Source: Eledone cirrhosa (lineage: Eukaryota). Taken from it: a DNA stretch of 64,000 nt. The notes under the pieces were generated by a model. That model saw only the letters and a list, made by a program, of their open reading frames with translations, was not told the DNA's origin and did no database searches. This document shows, piece by piece, positions 1-13,474 of this stretch (positions are counted from its first letter, which is position 1; the number at the start of each line of letters is the position of its first letter). The stretch is taken from the NCBI GenBank assembly GCA_964016885.1, contig OZ024748.1, positions 51,026,001-51,090,000 on the forward strand. The letters run 5' to 3'. Both the position numbers and the translations under genes were made by a program.

Positions 1-211
1 TTATGTGGAGCGGTGAGAACAATATCACGCAAAGACAAGACAAGAAAACAAAACAAAAAAACAAATCCACATTTATGGTATAACCAATATTCTATATAGA
101 CCAATATTCTATTTAGAATAACCGAATGATTCTCAACTCCAGAGTTTAAGAATAAAGTAAATAAATTTGTTGAACGAAAATGACAGGTTATTAAAATCGT
201 AAAAGTAATCA

Positions 212-605
212 ATAATTGTTTCTACTTTTGGCACAAGGCCAGCAATTATCCCAGTGAATTACTGGTACTTTATTTTATCGACCCCGTAAGGATGAAAGGC
301 AAAGTTAACCTCGGCGGGATTAAAACTCAGACCGTAAAGGGCCGTACCTCTATGCTGCTCAGCATGGCATCCGACCCTCTAGCGATACTGCCTACTCAAC
401 GCCCCGAGTAAGTAATAATTGTTTCTACTTTTGGCACAAGGCCAGCAATTACCCAGTGTATTACTGGTACTTTATTTTATCGACCCCGTAAGGATGAAAG
501 GTAAAGTTAACCTCGGCGGGATTTGAACTCAGAATAGCAAGGGCCGTAACTCTGTGTGTCAAAGCATTGTGTCGGACCCTCTACCGATACTGCCAATCCA
601 TTGCC
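212..605 (-). mobile_element. Two head-to-tail copies of a tRNA-derived SINE (Meta-SINE-like core)
   Basis: Reverse complement has A box TGGCAGTATCGG and B box GAGTTCAAATCC, then GCCTTTCATCCTTACGGGGTCGATAAAATAAAGTACCAG and an AAT-rich tail; the same ~190-nt unit recurs more than 15 times in the window. Confidence 0.85.
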
Positions 606-636
606 GAGTAAGTAATAATAGTTCAGATTTAGGCCA

Positions 637-669
<33 letters not shown>

Positions 670-815
670 CTATTCCAAGGAAATCACCAGGAAAAGCCCT
701 GATGATTGAAGAACGACTTATGACCGAAATACTGAACCCTCCTCTACTTCCTCCTAAGAGTGATACTAATGAGAATTCCTGTTTGTGCATGTTTGGGTTT
801 TCATTTCTTTAACAT

Positions 816-952
<137 letters not shown>

Positions 953-1032
953 AGAGGTATCGGCTAGAATTCTCCGCGGTATTCGTTCCGGCTATCAGCG
1001 ATCAGAGTTCACATTCGACTAAGTTAACGTTG

Positions 1033-1086
<54 letters not shown>

Positions 1087-1419
1087 CCTCTAACATTCAG
1101 TGAAAGGAATTGGATGTGTTCCCACCTGTAAAGTGATGGTTTTCTTCTAATTTAAAGTGCCTCAAGTTCAACGTTCATGCATGTCTTCTGTCTGTATATA
1201 TGTCTGCATGCATGAATGTGTGTGTGTATATGCGTATGTGAGTTTGTATAAATATTTGTAAGTATGTATGCATGTGTATGTATGTGTATGTGTGTATGTG
1301 CGTAAGTATGCATGGTTTTCTCAGATAAATAATAAATAGGTAAAATAGATAGATAAGATAAAATGGAATTCTAAAAGATCAATTTTACCGTGCTGTTAAC
1401 ATACAAGGCCACGGCATAA

Positions 1420-1938
1420 ACCAAAGTGATGGTTTAAATTATAATTTAACGCTCTGAAGATTGATATGGAGAAATGGGAGAGGCCTACGAAAAAGATAAT
1501 CGAATATAAATATGATGTCTTTCAGAAAGAGCGAGTGGGGCATGCTGCTTTGAAGCGTTCACTTCCTAAGGGGTACTCAAGTGCAGTGCCTGCAAAAATT
1601 CAGCAGTAATTGAGGTGCTATATATGTGGCCGATTTCCGGTTTTGTTAACTATCTGAAATCACAAGAGCCAGAGAGGAATCGAGCCAACTGTAAGATGGT
1701 TCTACCGTCACACATTCCACCTTACATTTGCAGTGAGTGTGGCTTAATTTACAAGTCAGCAGGTGGACTGACCAGACATGGTAAAATGCATGAAGTCACA
1801 CCTCAGCCAGTTTTGCCAGGAGACAAACAGTTCAAGTGTCACTCCTGTGAACCTACCTACAAAACAAAAGCAGGCATGAAAAATCATCTGCGTGCACATG
1901 ATCGAGCAATGTTCGATGAAGGGATGGCACACTTCTGA
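1420..1938 (+). mobile_element. Decayed LINE ORF C-terminus (probably RTE) with two C2H2-like zinc fingers
   Basis: ORF 1615-1938 has CSECGLIYKSAGGLTRHGKMH and CHSCEPTYKTKAGMKNHLRAH; upstream frame broken by stops; followed by a short (GTAT)n tail. Confidence 0.6.
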
Positions 1939-3544
1939 CAAGAAGTAGCAATCGGTATGTATGTATATATGGAGGGATTGTGAGATAAATGGATAACATT
2001 GGAATCCGTTTCATATGCTCGCGAGACATAGACAATATTACAGTATGAGCTGAGTGTATTTTATTGTGGCACCAGCACTACCGTCTTTTTCTATACCAGA
2101 ATGCTCGTCGTTTCATTGATCGGGGTTGGGAAGGCAGTGATAAAAATGGTGGTGGAGTATGGGTAGCTTGCATCATAATTTTATGTAAGGGTCTGTGTAA
2201 AGTTATGTTCCAAATAAGCTCGATGAGAAATCTAGTATTATTATTACTAAATACCTGCAAATTATTGAGTATTTTAAAGGTTATTTGAAAATCACAGGTA
2301 GTATCTTTCATCATAAATATTGTAACACAAGAGTTAAAGTAACAACGGTGTTATGTAAATTTGAAGTGAATTCATGGGTGAAATCATAATTTTTCGGTAA
2401 CATATAATCCTGTGTAAATCGAGGGTAAAATAATATCATGGGTGAAAACCTGAATCGTGGTTAAAATGAAGATTATCACCTGTGGGTGCAATCATTAACC
2501 GTGTGTAACATGCCAGATAAAACCATGAAAAGACAAACATTTTAGAAGCCATTTCCGACAAATATATTCCTTAATAGAAAACAACACTCCAAACTATGCC
2601 AGTGAAAACTTTAATTCGTAGTGCACTACATAGTCTTTTTCATTTTACATAATTTTAAATCTATCTTATTGATTGTTTTAACTAAACACAGGAAGTGGAT
2701 TATTTTAATAATTCATACTGCATCACTCAGCGGATATTTTGTTGTTATTGTTGATAAAATCTCTAGTACAACCAAGCTGGATATTACAGTAAGTTTGAAA
2801 TTGAGTAATTATTAAAATGGTATATCTTATATTAACAATCAAAGAATATGAAGTGCACTATTAATTAATTAAACTGCATTGCCAGCGCATGCATTTTTCT
2901 GCAGATTATACGGTGGTGTTTAGATCTGTTTGAGATAGTATACACTTCCTTTCCTAAACAGAAGATAGATATTTTCTATCTCTGTTGAACCTCTAACAAG
3001 GTAAGGAACAGTTCAAATTGACTTCATTTTTTTTTCAATGGGAAGCTAAAACAGACTGATATTTAACCACTAGGTGTACTTTTCACAGCAAGGCTAAATA
3101 TATATGTTTACTAAGAGTTTATATCTTATATTTCAATTCATCCACTGAAGGCATTTTAAAATCGACATCCGAATCAACGGCACGTCGGAACTAATAGTCG
3201 ATTATCAAACTTCTACGTGGACTCTAGACCTGGTGAGACTATAAACAAATCTCGCTTAGAAGATGGAAGCAAAATTTAGATTGTATAGTGCTAGTTGCAT
3301 CGGATGTTTCTGGCTGGAAAACCTTTGATCATGTGTCTATTTGATAAAAGTATGCCAGGAGCTTAACAACGACAGATTTAAAGATTAATTATAAGAGGTA
3401 TAATATTGAACCGGTTAATGAAACACAAACATTTGAATATTTAGTGTGACTGTTTTTGCATGTGAAAATATAATGTTCGAAGGATTGAACATTTCGTCCG
3501 GAAATTGTTAAAAATCAAATATAGCTATAGATTTCACAAAGCAA

Positions 3545-3602
<58 letters not shown>

Positions 3603-3945
3603 GCAGAGTGTGCGTGTGAGTGTATTAATACATGACATTAGCTAGATTTTCAAGAAAATAGTAATTTTATCGTCTTTGTTGACAAAAAACACGGATTCTC
3701 TGCTATCAGATAAGCGAACTATGGAAACATTACGTGGTCACAGTCTCTACAAGATACAGCAACCAGAATTTCCTCAAATCACACTCCACCTCCACTGGCA
3801 TAAAAAGGGAAACGTTAGATAATGTGTTTCTAAGCTCCACACACAGGGTAGAAAGATGGAATGCTCGCGGCAGGAATACATTTGATCACTGGTCAGCGCG
3901 GACCAAAATGTCCAGCGATTCAATAATCGCTAGTGGAGCTTTTTG

Positions 3946-6900
3946 TGGTCATTTCATCATCTGGTCGAGCTTGCTTGGACATTCATGAGTCTAGTAGGCC
4001 ATCAAGCATAAGTGTTGAGAGGTCATTAAGGGAGTATCCTGTGTCTCTACATAGTTGGTCAATGTATGTTAAAGCCGGTTGGCCAACCTTTCTATGACCG
4101 CGGTTAGGTGTCCAAAGCAAAAGATCACTAACAGGTGCTTGCTTTGATCACCAGCAGTGTCCTGCAAATTGCATTCTTCGTTCCCACAATATTGCATATA
4201 TATCAGCGATGGGACTATAGAGCAGTTCTTTAGTAGGATGCTGTGTCACCAGATATATCAGCGATGGGACCATAGAGCAGTTCTTTAGTAGGATGCTGTG
4301 TCACCAGATATATCAGCGATGGGACCATAGAGCAGTTCTTTAGTAGGATGCTGTGTCACCAGATATATCAGCGATGGGACCATAGAGCAGTTCTTTAGTA
4401 GGATGCTGTGTCACCAGATATATCAGCGATGGGACTATAGAGCAGTTCTTTAGTAGGATGCTGTGTCACCAGATATATCAGCGATGGGACCATAGAGCAG
4501 TTCTTTAGTAGGATGCTGTGTCACCAGATATATCAGCGATGGGACCATAGAGCAGTTCTTTAGTAGGATGCTGTGTCACCAGATATATCAGCGATGGGAC
4601 CATAGAGCAGTTCTTTAGTAGGATGCTGTGTCACCAGATATATCAGCGATGGGACTATAGAGCAGTTCTTTAGTAGGATGCTGTGTCACCAGATATATCA
4701 GCGATGGGACCATAGAGCAGTTCTTTAGTAGGATGCTGTGTCACCAGATATATCAGCGATGGGACCATAGAGCAGTTCTTTAGTAGGATGCTGTGTCACC
4801 AGATATATCAGCGATGGGACCATAGAGCAGTTCTTTAGTAGGATGCTGTGTCACCAGATATATCAGCGATGGGACTATAGAGCAGTTCTTTAGTAGGATG
4901 CTGTGTCACCAGATATATCAGCGATGGGACCATAGAGCAGTTCTTTAGTAGGATGCTGTGTCACCAGATATATCAGGGATGGGACCATAGAGCAGTTCTT
5001 TAGTAGGATGCTGTGTCACCAGATATATCAGGGATGGGACCATAGAGCAGTTCTTTAGTAGGATGCTGTGTCACCAGATATATCAGCGATGGGACCATAG
5101 AGCAGTTCTTTAGTAGGATGCTGTGTCACCAGATATATCAGCGATGGGACTATAGAGCAGTTCTTTAGTAGGATGCTGTGTCACCAGATATATCAGGGAT
5201 GGGACCATAGAGCAGTTCTTTAGTAGGATGCTGTGTCACCAGATATATCAGGGAAGGGAATATAGAGCAGTTCTTTAGTAGGATGCTGTGTCACCAGATA
5301 TATCAGCGATGGGACTATAGAGCAGTTCTTTAGTAGGATGCTGTGTCACCAGATATATCAGCGATGGGACCATAGAGCAGTTCTTTAGTAGGATGCTGTG
5401 TCACCAGATATATCAGGGAAGGGAATATAGAGCAGTTCTTTAGTAGGATGCTGTGTCACCAGATATATCAGCGATGGGACTATAGAGCAGTTCTTTAGTA
5501 GGATGCTGTGTCACCAGATATATCAGCGATGGGACCATAGAGCAGTTCTTTAGTAGGATGCTGTGTCACCAGATATATCAGGGATGGGACCATAGAGCAG
5601 TTCTTTAGTAGGATGCTGTGTCACCAGATATATCAGCGATGGGACCATAGAGCAGTTCTTTAGTAGGATGCTGTGTCACCAGATATATCAGCGATGGGAC
5701 CATAGAGCAGTTCTTTAGTAGGATGCTGTGTCACCAGATATATCAGCGATGGGACCATAGAGCAGTTCTTTAGTAGGATGCTGTGTCACCAGATATATCA
5801 GCGATGGGACTATAGAGCAGTTCTTTAGTAGGATGCTGTGTCACCAGATATATCAGCGATGGGACCATAGAGCAGTTCTTTAGTAGGATGCTGTGTCACC
5901 AGATATATCAGGGATGGGACTATAGAGCAGTTCTTTAGTAGGATGCTGTGTCACCAGATATATCAGCGATGGGACTATAGAGCAGTTCTTTAGTAGGATG
6001 CTGTGTCACCAGATATATCAGCGATGGGACTATAGAGCAGTTCTTTAGTAGGATGCTGTGTCACCAGATATATCAGCGATGGGACCATAGAGCAGTTCTT
6101 TAGTAGGATGCTGTGTCACCAGATATATCAGCGATGGGACCATAGAGCAGTTCTTTAGTAGGATGCTGTGTCACCAGATATATCAGCGATGGGACTATAG
6201 AGCAGTTCTTTAGTAGGATGCTGTGTCACCAGATATATCAGCGATGGGACCATAGAGCAGTTCTTTAGTAGGATGCTGTGTCACCAGATATATCAGGGAT
6301 GGGACCATAGAGCAGTTCTTTAGTAGGATGCTGTGTCACCAGATATATCAGGGATGGGACCATAGAGCAGTTCTTTAGTAGGATGCTGTGTCACCAGATA
6401 TATCAGCGATGGGACCATAGAGCAGTTCTTTAGTAGGATGCTGTGTCACCAGATATATCAGCGATGGGACTATAGAGCAGTTCTTTAGTAGGATGCTGTG
6501 TCACCAGATATATCAGGGATGGGACCATAGAGCAGTTCTTTAGTAGGATGCTGTGTCACCAGATATATCAGGGAAGGGAATATAGAGCAGTTCTTTAGTA
6601 GGATGCTGTGTCACCAGATATATCAGCGATGGGACTATAGAGCAGTTCTTTAGTAGGATGCTGTGTCACCAGATATATCAGCGATGGGACCATAGAGCAG
6701 TTCTTTAGTAGGATGCTGTGTCACCAGATATATCAGGGAAGGGAATATAGAGCAGTTCTTTAGTAGGATGCTGTGTCACCAGATATATCAGCGATGGGAC
6801 TATAGAGCAGTTCTTTAGTAGGATGCTGTGTCACCAGATATATCAGCGATGGGACCATAGAGCAGTTCTTTAGTAGGATGCTGTGTCACCAGATATATCA

Positions 6901-9900
6901 GGGATGGGACCATAGAGCAGTTCTTTAGTAGGATGCTGTGTCACCAGATATATCAGCGATGGGACCATAGAGCAGTTCTTTAGTAGGATGCTGTGTCACC
7001 AGATATATCAGCGATGGGACCATAGAGCAGTTCTTTAGTAGGATGCTGTGTCACCAGATATATCAGGGAAGGGAATATAGAGCAGTTCTTTAGTAGGATG
7101 CTGTGTCACCAGATATATCAGCGATGGGACTATAGAGCAGTTCTTTAGTAGGATGCTGTGTCACCAGATATATCAGCGATGGGACCATAGAGCAGTTCTT
7201 TAGTAGGATGCTGTGTCACCAGATATATCAGGGAAGGGAATATAGAGCAGTTCTTTAGTAGGATGCTGTGTCACCAGATATATCAGCGATGGGACTATAG
7301 AGCAGTTCTTTAGTAGGATGCTGTGTCACCAGATATATCAGCGATGGGACCATAGAGCAGTTCTTTAGTAGGATGCTGTGTCACCAGATATATCAGCAAT
7401 GGAACTATAGAGCAGTTCTTTAGTAGGATGCTGTGTCACCAGATATATCAGCGATGGGACTATAGAGCAGTTCTTTAGTAGGATGCTGTGTCACCAGATA
7501 TATCAGCGATGGGACCATAGAGCAGTTCTTTAGTAGGATGCTGTGTCACCAGATATATCAGCGATGGGACCATAGAGCAGTTCTTTAGTAGGATGCTGTG
7601 TCACCAGATATATCAGCAATGGAACTATAGAGCAGTTCTTTAGTAGGATGCTGTGTCACCAGATATATCAGCGATGGGACCATAGAGCAGTTCTTTAGTA
7701 GGATGCTGTGTCACCAGATATATCAGCGATGGGACTATAGAGCAGTTCTTTAGTAGGATGCTGTGTCACCAGATATATCAGGGATGGGACCATAGAGCAG
7801 TTCTTTAGTAGGATGCTGTGTCACCAGATATATCAGGGAAGGGAATATAGAGCAGTTCTTTAGTAGGATGCTGTGTCACCAGATATATCAGCGATGGGAC
7901 TATAGAGCAGTTCTTTAGTAGGATGCTGTGTCACCAGATATATCAGCGATGGGACCATAGAGCAGTTCTTTAGTAGGATGCTGTGTCACCAGATATATCA
8001 GGGAAGGGAATATAGAGCAGTTCTTTAGTAGGATGCTGTGTCACCAGATATATCAGCGATGGGACTATAGAGCAGTTCTTTAGTAGGATGCTGTGTCACC
8101 AGATATATCAGCGATGGGACCATAGAGCAGTTCTTTAGTAGGATGCTGTGTCACCAGATATATCAGGGATGGGACCATAGAGCAGTTCTTTAGTAGGATG
8201 CTGTGTCACCAGATATATCAGCGATGGGACCATAGAGCAGTTCTTTAGTAGGATGCTGTGTCACCAGATATATCAGCGATGGGACCATAGAGCAGTTCTT
8301 TAGTAGGATGCTGTGTCACCAGATATATCAGCGATGGGACCATAGAGCAGTTCTTTAGTAGGATGCTGTGTCACCAGATATATCAGCGATGGGACTATAG
8401 AGCAGTTCTTTAGTAGGATGCTGTGTCACCAGATATATCAGCGATGGGACCATAGAGCAGTTCTTTAGTAGGATGCTGTGTCACCAGATATATCAGGGAT
8501 GGGACTATAGAGCAGTTCTTTAGTAGGATGCTGTGTCACCAGATATATCAGCGATGGGACTATAGAGCAGTTCTTTAGTAGGATGCTGTGTCACCAGATA
8601 TATCAGCGATGGGACTATAGAGCAGTTCTTTAGTAGGATGCTGTGTCACCAGATATATCAGCGATGGGACCATAGAGCAGTTCTTTAGTAGGATGCTGTG
8701 TCACCAGATATATCAGCGATGGGACCATAGAGCAGTTCTTTAGTAGGATGCTGTGTCACCAGATATATCAGCGATGGGACTATAGAGCAGTTCTTTAGTA
8801 GGATGCTGTGTCACCAGATATATCAGCGATGGGACCATAGAGCAGTTCTTTAGTAGGATGCTGTGTCACCAGATATATCAGGGATGGGACCATAGAGCAG
8901 TTCTTTAGTAGGATGCTGTGTCACCAGATATATCAGGGATGGGACCATAGAGCAGTTCTTTAGTAGGATGCTGTGTCACCAGATATATCAGCGATGGGAC
9001 CATAGAGCAGTTCTTTAGTAGGATGCTGTGTCACCAGATATATCAGCGATGGGACTATAGAGCAGTTCTTTAGTAGGATGCTGTGTCACCAGATATATCA
9101 GGGATGGGACCATAGAGCAGTTCTTTAGTAGGATGCTGTGTCACCAGATATATCAGGGAAGGGAATATAGAGCAGTTCTTTAGTAGGATGCTGTGTCACC
9201 AGATATATCAGCGATGGGACTATAGAGCAGTTCTTTAGTAGGATGCTGTGTCACCAGATATATCAGCGATGGGACCATAGAGCAGTTCTTTAGTAGGATG
9301 CTGTGTCACCAGATATATCAGGGAAGGGAATATAGAGCAGTTCTTTAGTAGGATGCTGTGTCACCAGATATATCAGCGATGGGACTATAGAGCAGTTCTT
9401 TAGTAGGATGCTGTGTCACCAGATATATCAGCGATGGGACCATAGAGCAGTTCTTTAGTAGGATGCTGTGTCACCAGATATATCAGGGATGGGACCATAG
9501 AGCAGTTCTTTAGTAGGATGCTGTGTCACCAGATATATCAGCGATGGGACCATAGAGCAGTTCTTTAGTAGGATGCTGTGTCACCAGATATATCAGCGAT
9601 GGGACCATAGAGCAGTTCTTTAGTAGGATGCTGTGTCACCAGATATATCAGGGAAGGGAATATAGAGCAGTTCTTTAGTAGGATGCTGTGTCACCAGATA
9701 TATCAGCGATGGGACTATAGAGCAGTTCTTTAGTAGGATGCTGTGTCACCAGATGTATCAGCGATGGGACCATAGAGCAGTTCTTTAGTAGGATGCTGTG
9801 TCACCAGATATATCAGGGAAGGGAATATAGAGCAGTTCTTTAGTAGGATGCTGTGTCACCAGATATATCAGCGATGGGACTATAGAGCAGTTCTTTAGTA

Positions 9901-12900
9901 GGATGCTGTGTCACCAGATATATCAGCGATGGGACCATAGAGCAGTTCTTTAGTAGGATGCTGTGTCACCAGATATATCAGCAATGGAACTATAGAGCAG
10001 TTCTTTAGTAGGATGCTGTGTCACCAGATATATCAGCGATGGGACTATAGAGCAGTTCTTTAGTAGGATGCTGTGTCACCAGATATATCAGCGATGGGAC
10101 CATAGAGCAGTTCTTTAGTAGGATGCTGTGTCACCAGATATATCAGCGATGGGACCATAGAGCAGTTCTTTAGTAGGATGCTGTGTCACCAGATATATCA
10201 GCAATGGAACTATAGAGCAGTTCTTTAGTAGGATGCTGTGTCACCAGATATATCAGCGATGGGACCATAGAGCAGTTCTTTAGTAGGATGCTGTGTCACC
10301 AGATATATCAGGGATGGGACTATAGAGCAGTTCTTTAGTAGGATGCTGTGTCACCAGATATATCAGGGATGGGGCCATAGAGCAGTTCTTTAGTAGGATG
10401 CTGTGTCACCAGATATATCAGCGATGGGACCATAGAGCAGTTCTTTAGTAGGATGCTGTGTCACTAGATATATCAGGGATGGGACTATAGAGCAGTTCTT
10501 TAGTAGGATGCTGTGTCACCAGATATATCAGCGATGGGACCATAGAGCAGTTCTTTAGTAGGATGCTGTGTCACCAGATATATCAGCGATGGGACTATAG
10601 AGCAGTTCTTTAGTAGGATGCTGTGTCACCAGATATATCAGCGATGGGACCATAGAGCAGTTCTTTAGTAGGATGCTGTGTCACCAGATATATCAGCGAT
10701 GGGACCATAGAGCAGTTCTTTAGTAGGATGCTGTGTCACCAGATATATCAGCGATGGGACCATAGAGCAGTTCTTTAGTAGGATGCTTTGTCACCAGATA
10801 TATCAGCGATGGGACCATAGAGCAGTTCTTTAGTAGGATGCTGTGTCACCAGATATATCAGGGAAGGGAATATAGAGCAGTTCTTTAGTAGGATGCTGTG
10901 TCACCAGATATATCAGCGATGGGACCATAGAGCAGTTCTTTAGTAGGATGCTGTGTCACCAGATATATCAGCGATGGGACTATAGAGCAGTTCTTTAGTA
11001 GGATGCTGTGTCACCAGATATATCAGCGATGGGACTATAGAGCAGTTCTTTAGTAGGATGCTGTGTCACCAGATATATCAGCGATGGGACCATAGAGCAG
11101 TTCTTTAGTAGGATGCTGTGTCACCAGATATATCAGCGATGGGACTATAGAGCAGTTCTTTAGTAGGATGCTGTGTCACCAGATATATCAGCGATGGGAC
11201 CATAGAGCAGTTCTTTAGTAGGATGCTGTGTCACCAGATATATCAGGGATGGGACTATAGAGCAGTTCTTTAGTAGGATGCTGTGTCACCAGATATATCA
11301 GCGATGGGACCATAGAGCAGTTCTTTAGTAGGATGCTGTGTCACCAGATATATCAGCGATGGGACTATAGAGCAGTTCTTTAGTAGGATGCTGTGTCACC
11401 AGATATATCAGCGATGGGACCATAGAGCAGTTCTTTAGTAGGATGCTGTGTCACCAGATATATCAGCGATGGGACCATAGAGCAGTTCTTTAGTAGGATG
11501 CTGTGTCACCAGATATATCAGCGATGGGACTATAGAGCAGTTCTTTAGTAGGATGCTGTGTCACCAGATATATCAGCGATGGGACCATAGAGCAGTTCTT
11601 TAGTAGGATGCTGTGTCACCAGATATATCAGGGATGGGACCATAGAGCAGTTCTTTAGTAGGATGCTGTGTCACCAGATATATCAGGGATGGGACCATAG
11701 AGCAGTTCTTTAGTAGGATGCTGTGTCACCAGATATATCAGCGATGGGACCATAGAGCAGTTCTTTAGTAGGATGCTGTGTCACCAGATATATCAGCGAT
11801 GGGACTATAGAGCAGTTCTTTAGTAGGATGCTGTGTCACCAGATATATCAGGGATGGGACCATAGAGCAGTTCTTTAGTAGGATGCTGTGTCACCAGATA
11901 TATCAGGGAAGGGAATATAGAGCAGTTCTTTAGTAGGATGCTGTGTCACCAGATATATCAGCGATGGGACTATAGAGCAGTTCTTTAGTAGGATGCTGTG
12001 TCACCAGATATATCAGCGATGGGACCATAGAGCAGGTCTTTAGTAGGATGCTGTGTCACCAGATATATCAGGGAAGGGAATATAGAGCAGTTCTTTAGTA
12101 GGATGCTGTGTCACCAGATATATCAGCGATGGGACTATAGAGCAGTTCTTTAGTAGGATGCTGTGTCACCAGATATATTAGCGATGGGACCATAGAGCAG
12201 TTCTTTAGTAGGATGCTGTGTCACCAGATATATCAGGGATGGGACCATAGAGCAGTTCTTTAGTAGGATGCTGTGTCACCAGATATATCAGCGATGGGAC
12301 CATAGAGCAGTTCTTTAGTAGGATGCTGTGTCACCAGATATATCAGCGATGGGACCATAGAGCAGTTCTTTAGTAGGATGCTGTGTCACCAGATATATCA
12401 GCGATGGGACCATAGAGCAGTTCTTTAGTAGGATGCTGTGTCACCAGATATATCAGGGAAGGGAATATAGAGCAGTTCTTTAGTAGGATGCTGTGTCACC
12501 AGATATATCAGCGATGGGACTATAGAGCAGTTCTTTAGTAGGATGCTGTGTCACCAGATATATCAGCGATGGGAATATAGAGCAGTTCTTTAGTAGGATG
12601 CTGTGTCACCAGATATATCAGCGATGGGACCATAGAGCAGTTCTTTAGTAGGATGCTGTGTCACCAGATATATCAGGGATGGGACTATAGAGCAGTTCTT
12701 TAGTAGGATGCTGTGTCACCAGATATATCAGGGATGGGACCATAGAGCAGTTCTTTAGTAGGATGCTGTGTCACCAGATATATCAGCGATGGGACCATAG
12801 AGCAGTTCTTTAGTAGGATGCTGTGTCACCAGATATATCAGGGATGGGACTATAGAGCAGTTCTTTAGTAGGATGCTGTGTCACCAGATATATCAGCGAT

Positions 12901-13474
12901 GGGACCATAGAGCAGTTCTTTAGTAGGATGCTGTGTCACCAGATATATCAGCGATGGGACTATAGAGCAGTTCTTTAGTAGGATGCTGTGTCACCAGATA
13001 TATCAGCGATGGGACCATAGAGCAGTTCTTTAGTAGGATGCTGTGTCACCAGATATATCAGCGATGGGACCATAGAGCAGTTCTTTAGTAGGATGCTGTG
13101 TCACCAGATATATCAGCGATGGGACCATAGAGCAGTTCTTTAGTAGGATGCTGTGTCCATGAGATATTAAGTACAGCCCTTAGTTTCCGTGTATAAATAT
13201 CATCAAGCTTGGATTCTAGATGTTTGGTCAGTGTCCAAGCAATGGCACCATACATCAAGACCTCTTCTACAGTGGCACGGAAGGTGCTGCGATTTAGGTT
13301 ATCTGGAAGATCAGATTTCCAGATTATGTCCATCTTAAGCACGGCCCGTGTATTAACTATTCTGATCTTCATATCCTTTTCAGTTGAATTGACTTCACTA
13401 CCAAGATATGTGAATTTATCGATAAGTTTCATAGAATCTCCAGCGATGATCTGCTTTAAATAACAGCCAATCAT
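3946..13474 (-). mobile_element. 5'-truncated RTE-type LINE remnant split by the 55-bp satellite
   Basis: 13474-13158 encodes FTYLGS..DMKIRI..IWKS..FRATVEEVLMYGAIAWTLTKHLESKLD..YTRKLRAVLNISWTQHPTKELLY; past the array the frame continues AILWERRMQFAGHCW*SKQAPVSDLLLWTPNRGHRKVGQPALTYIDQLCRDTG, a typical post-RT RTE C-terminus. Confidence 0.9.
4198..13157. repeat. 55-bp tandem satellite, 163 units, LINE-derived
   Basis: Unit ATATATCAGCGATGGGACCATAGAGCAGTTCTTTAGTAGGATGCTGTGTCACCAG; first GCGAT at 4206, last at 13116, difference 8910 = 162 x 55, so the phase never slips. Confidence 0.99.

Noticed and set aside
695-750. CTGATGA...CCGAAA hammerhead candidate
   Set aside because: Helices I and II do not pair convincingly and there is no UH site in register
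1615-1938. Host C2H2 zinc-finger gene
   Set aside because: No TGEKP linkers, upstream frame is broken, and a repeat tail follows; a LINE C-terminus fits better, though a host exon is not fully excluded
4198-13157. CRISPR-like array (constant 44 nt plus variable 11 nt)
   Set aside because: The variable parts are point variants of one sequence, not unique spacers; eukaryotic context, no cas genes, and the unit derives from the flanking LINE
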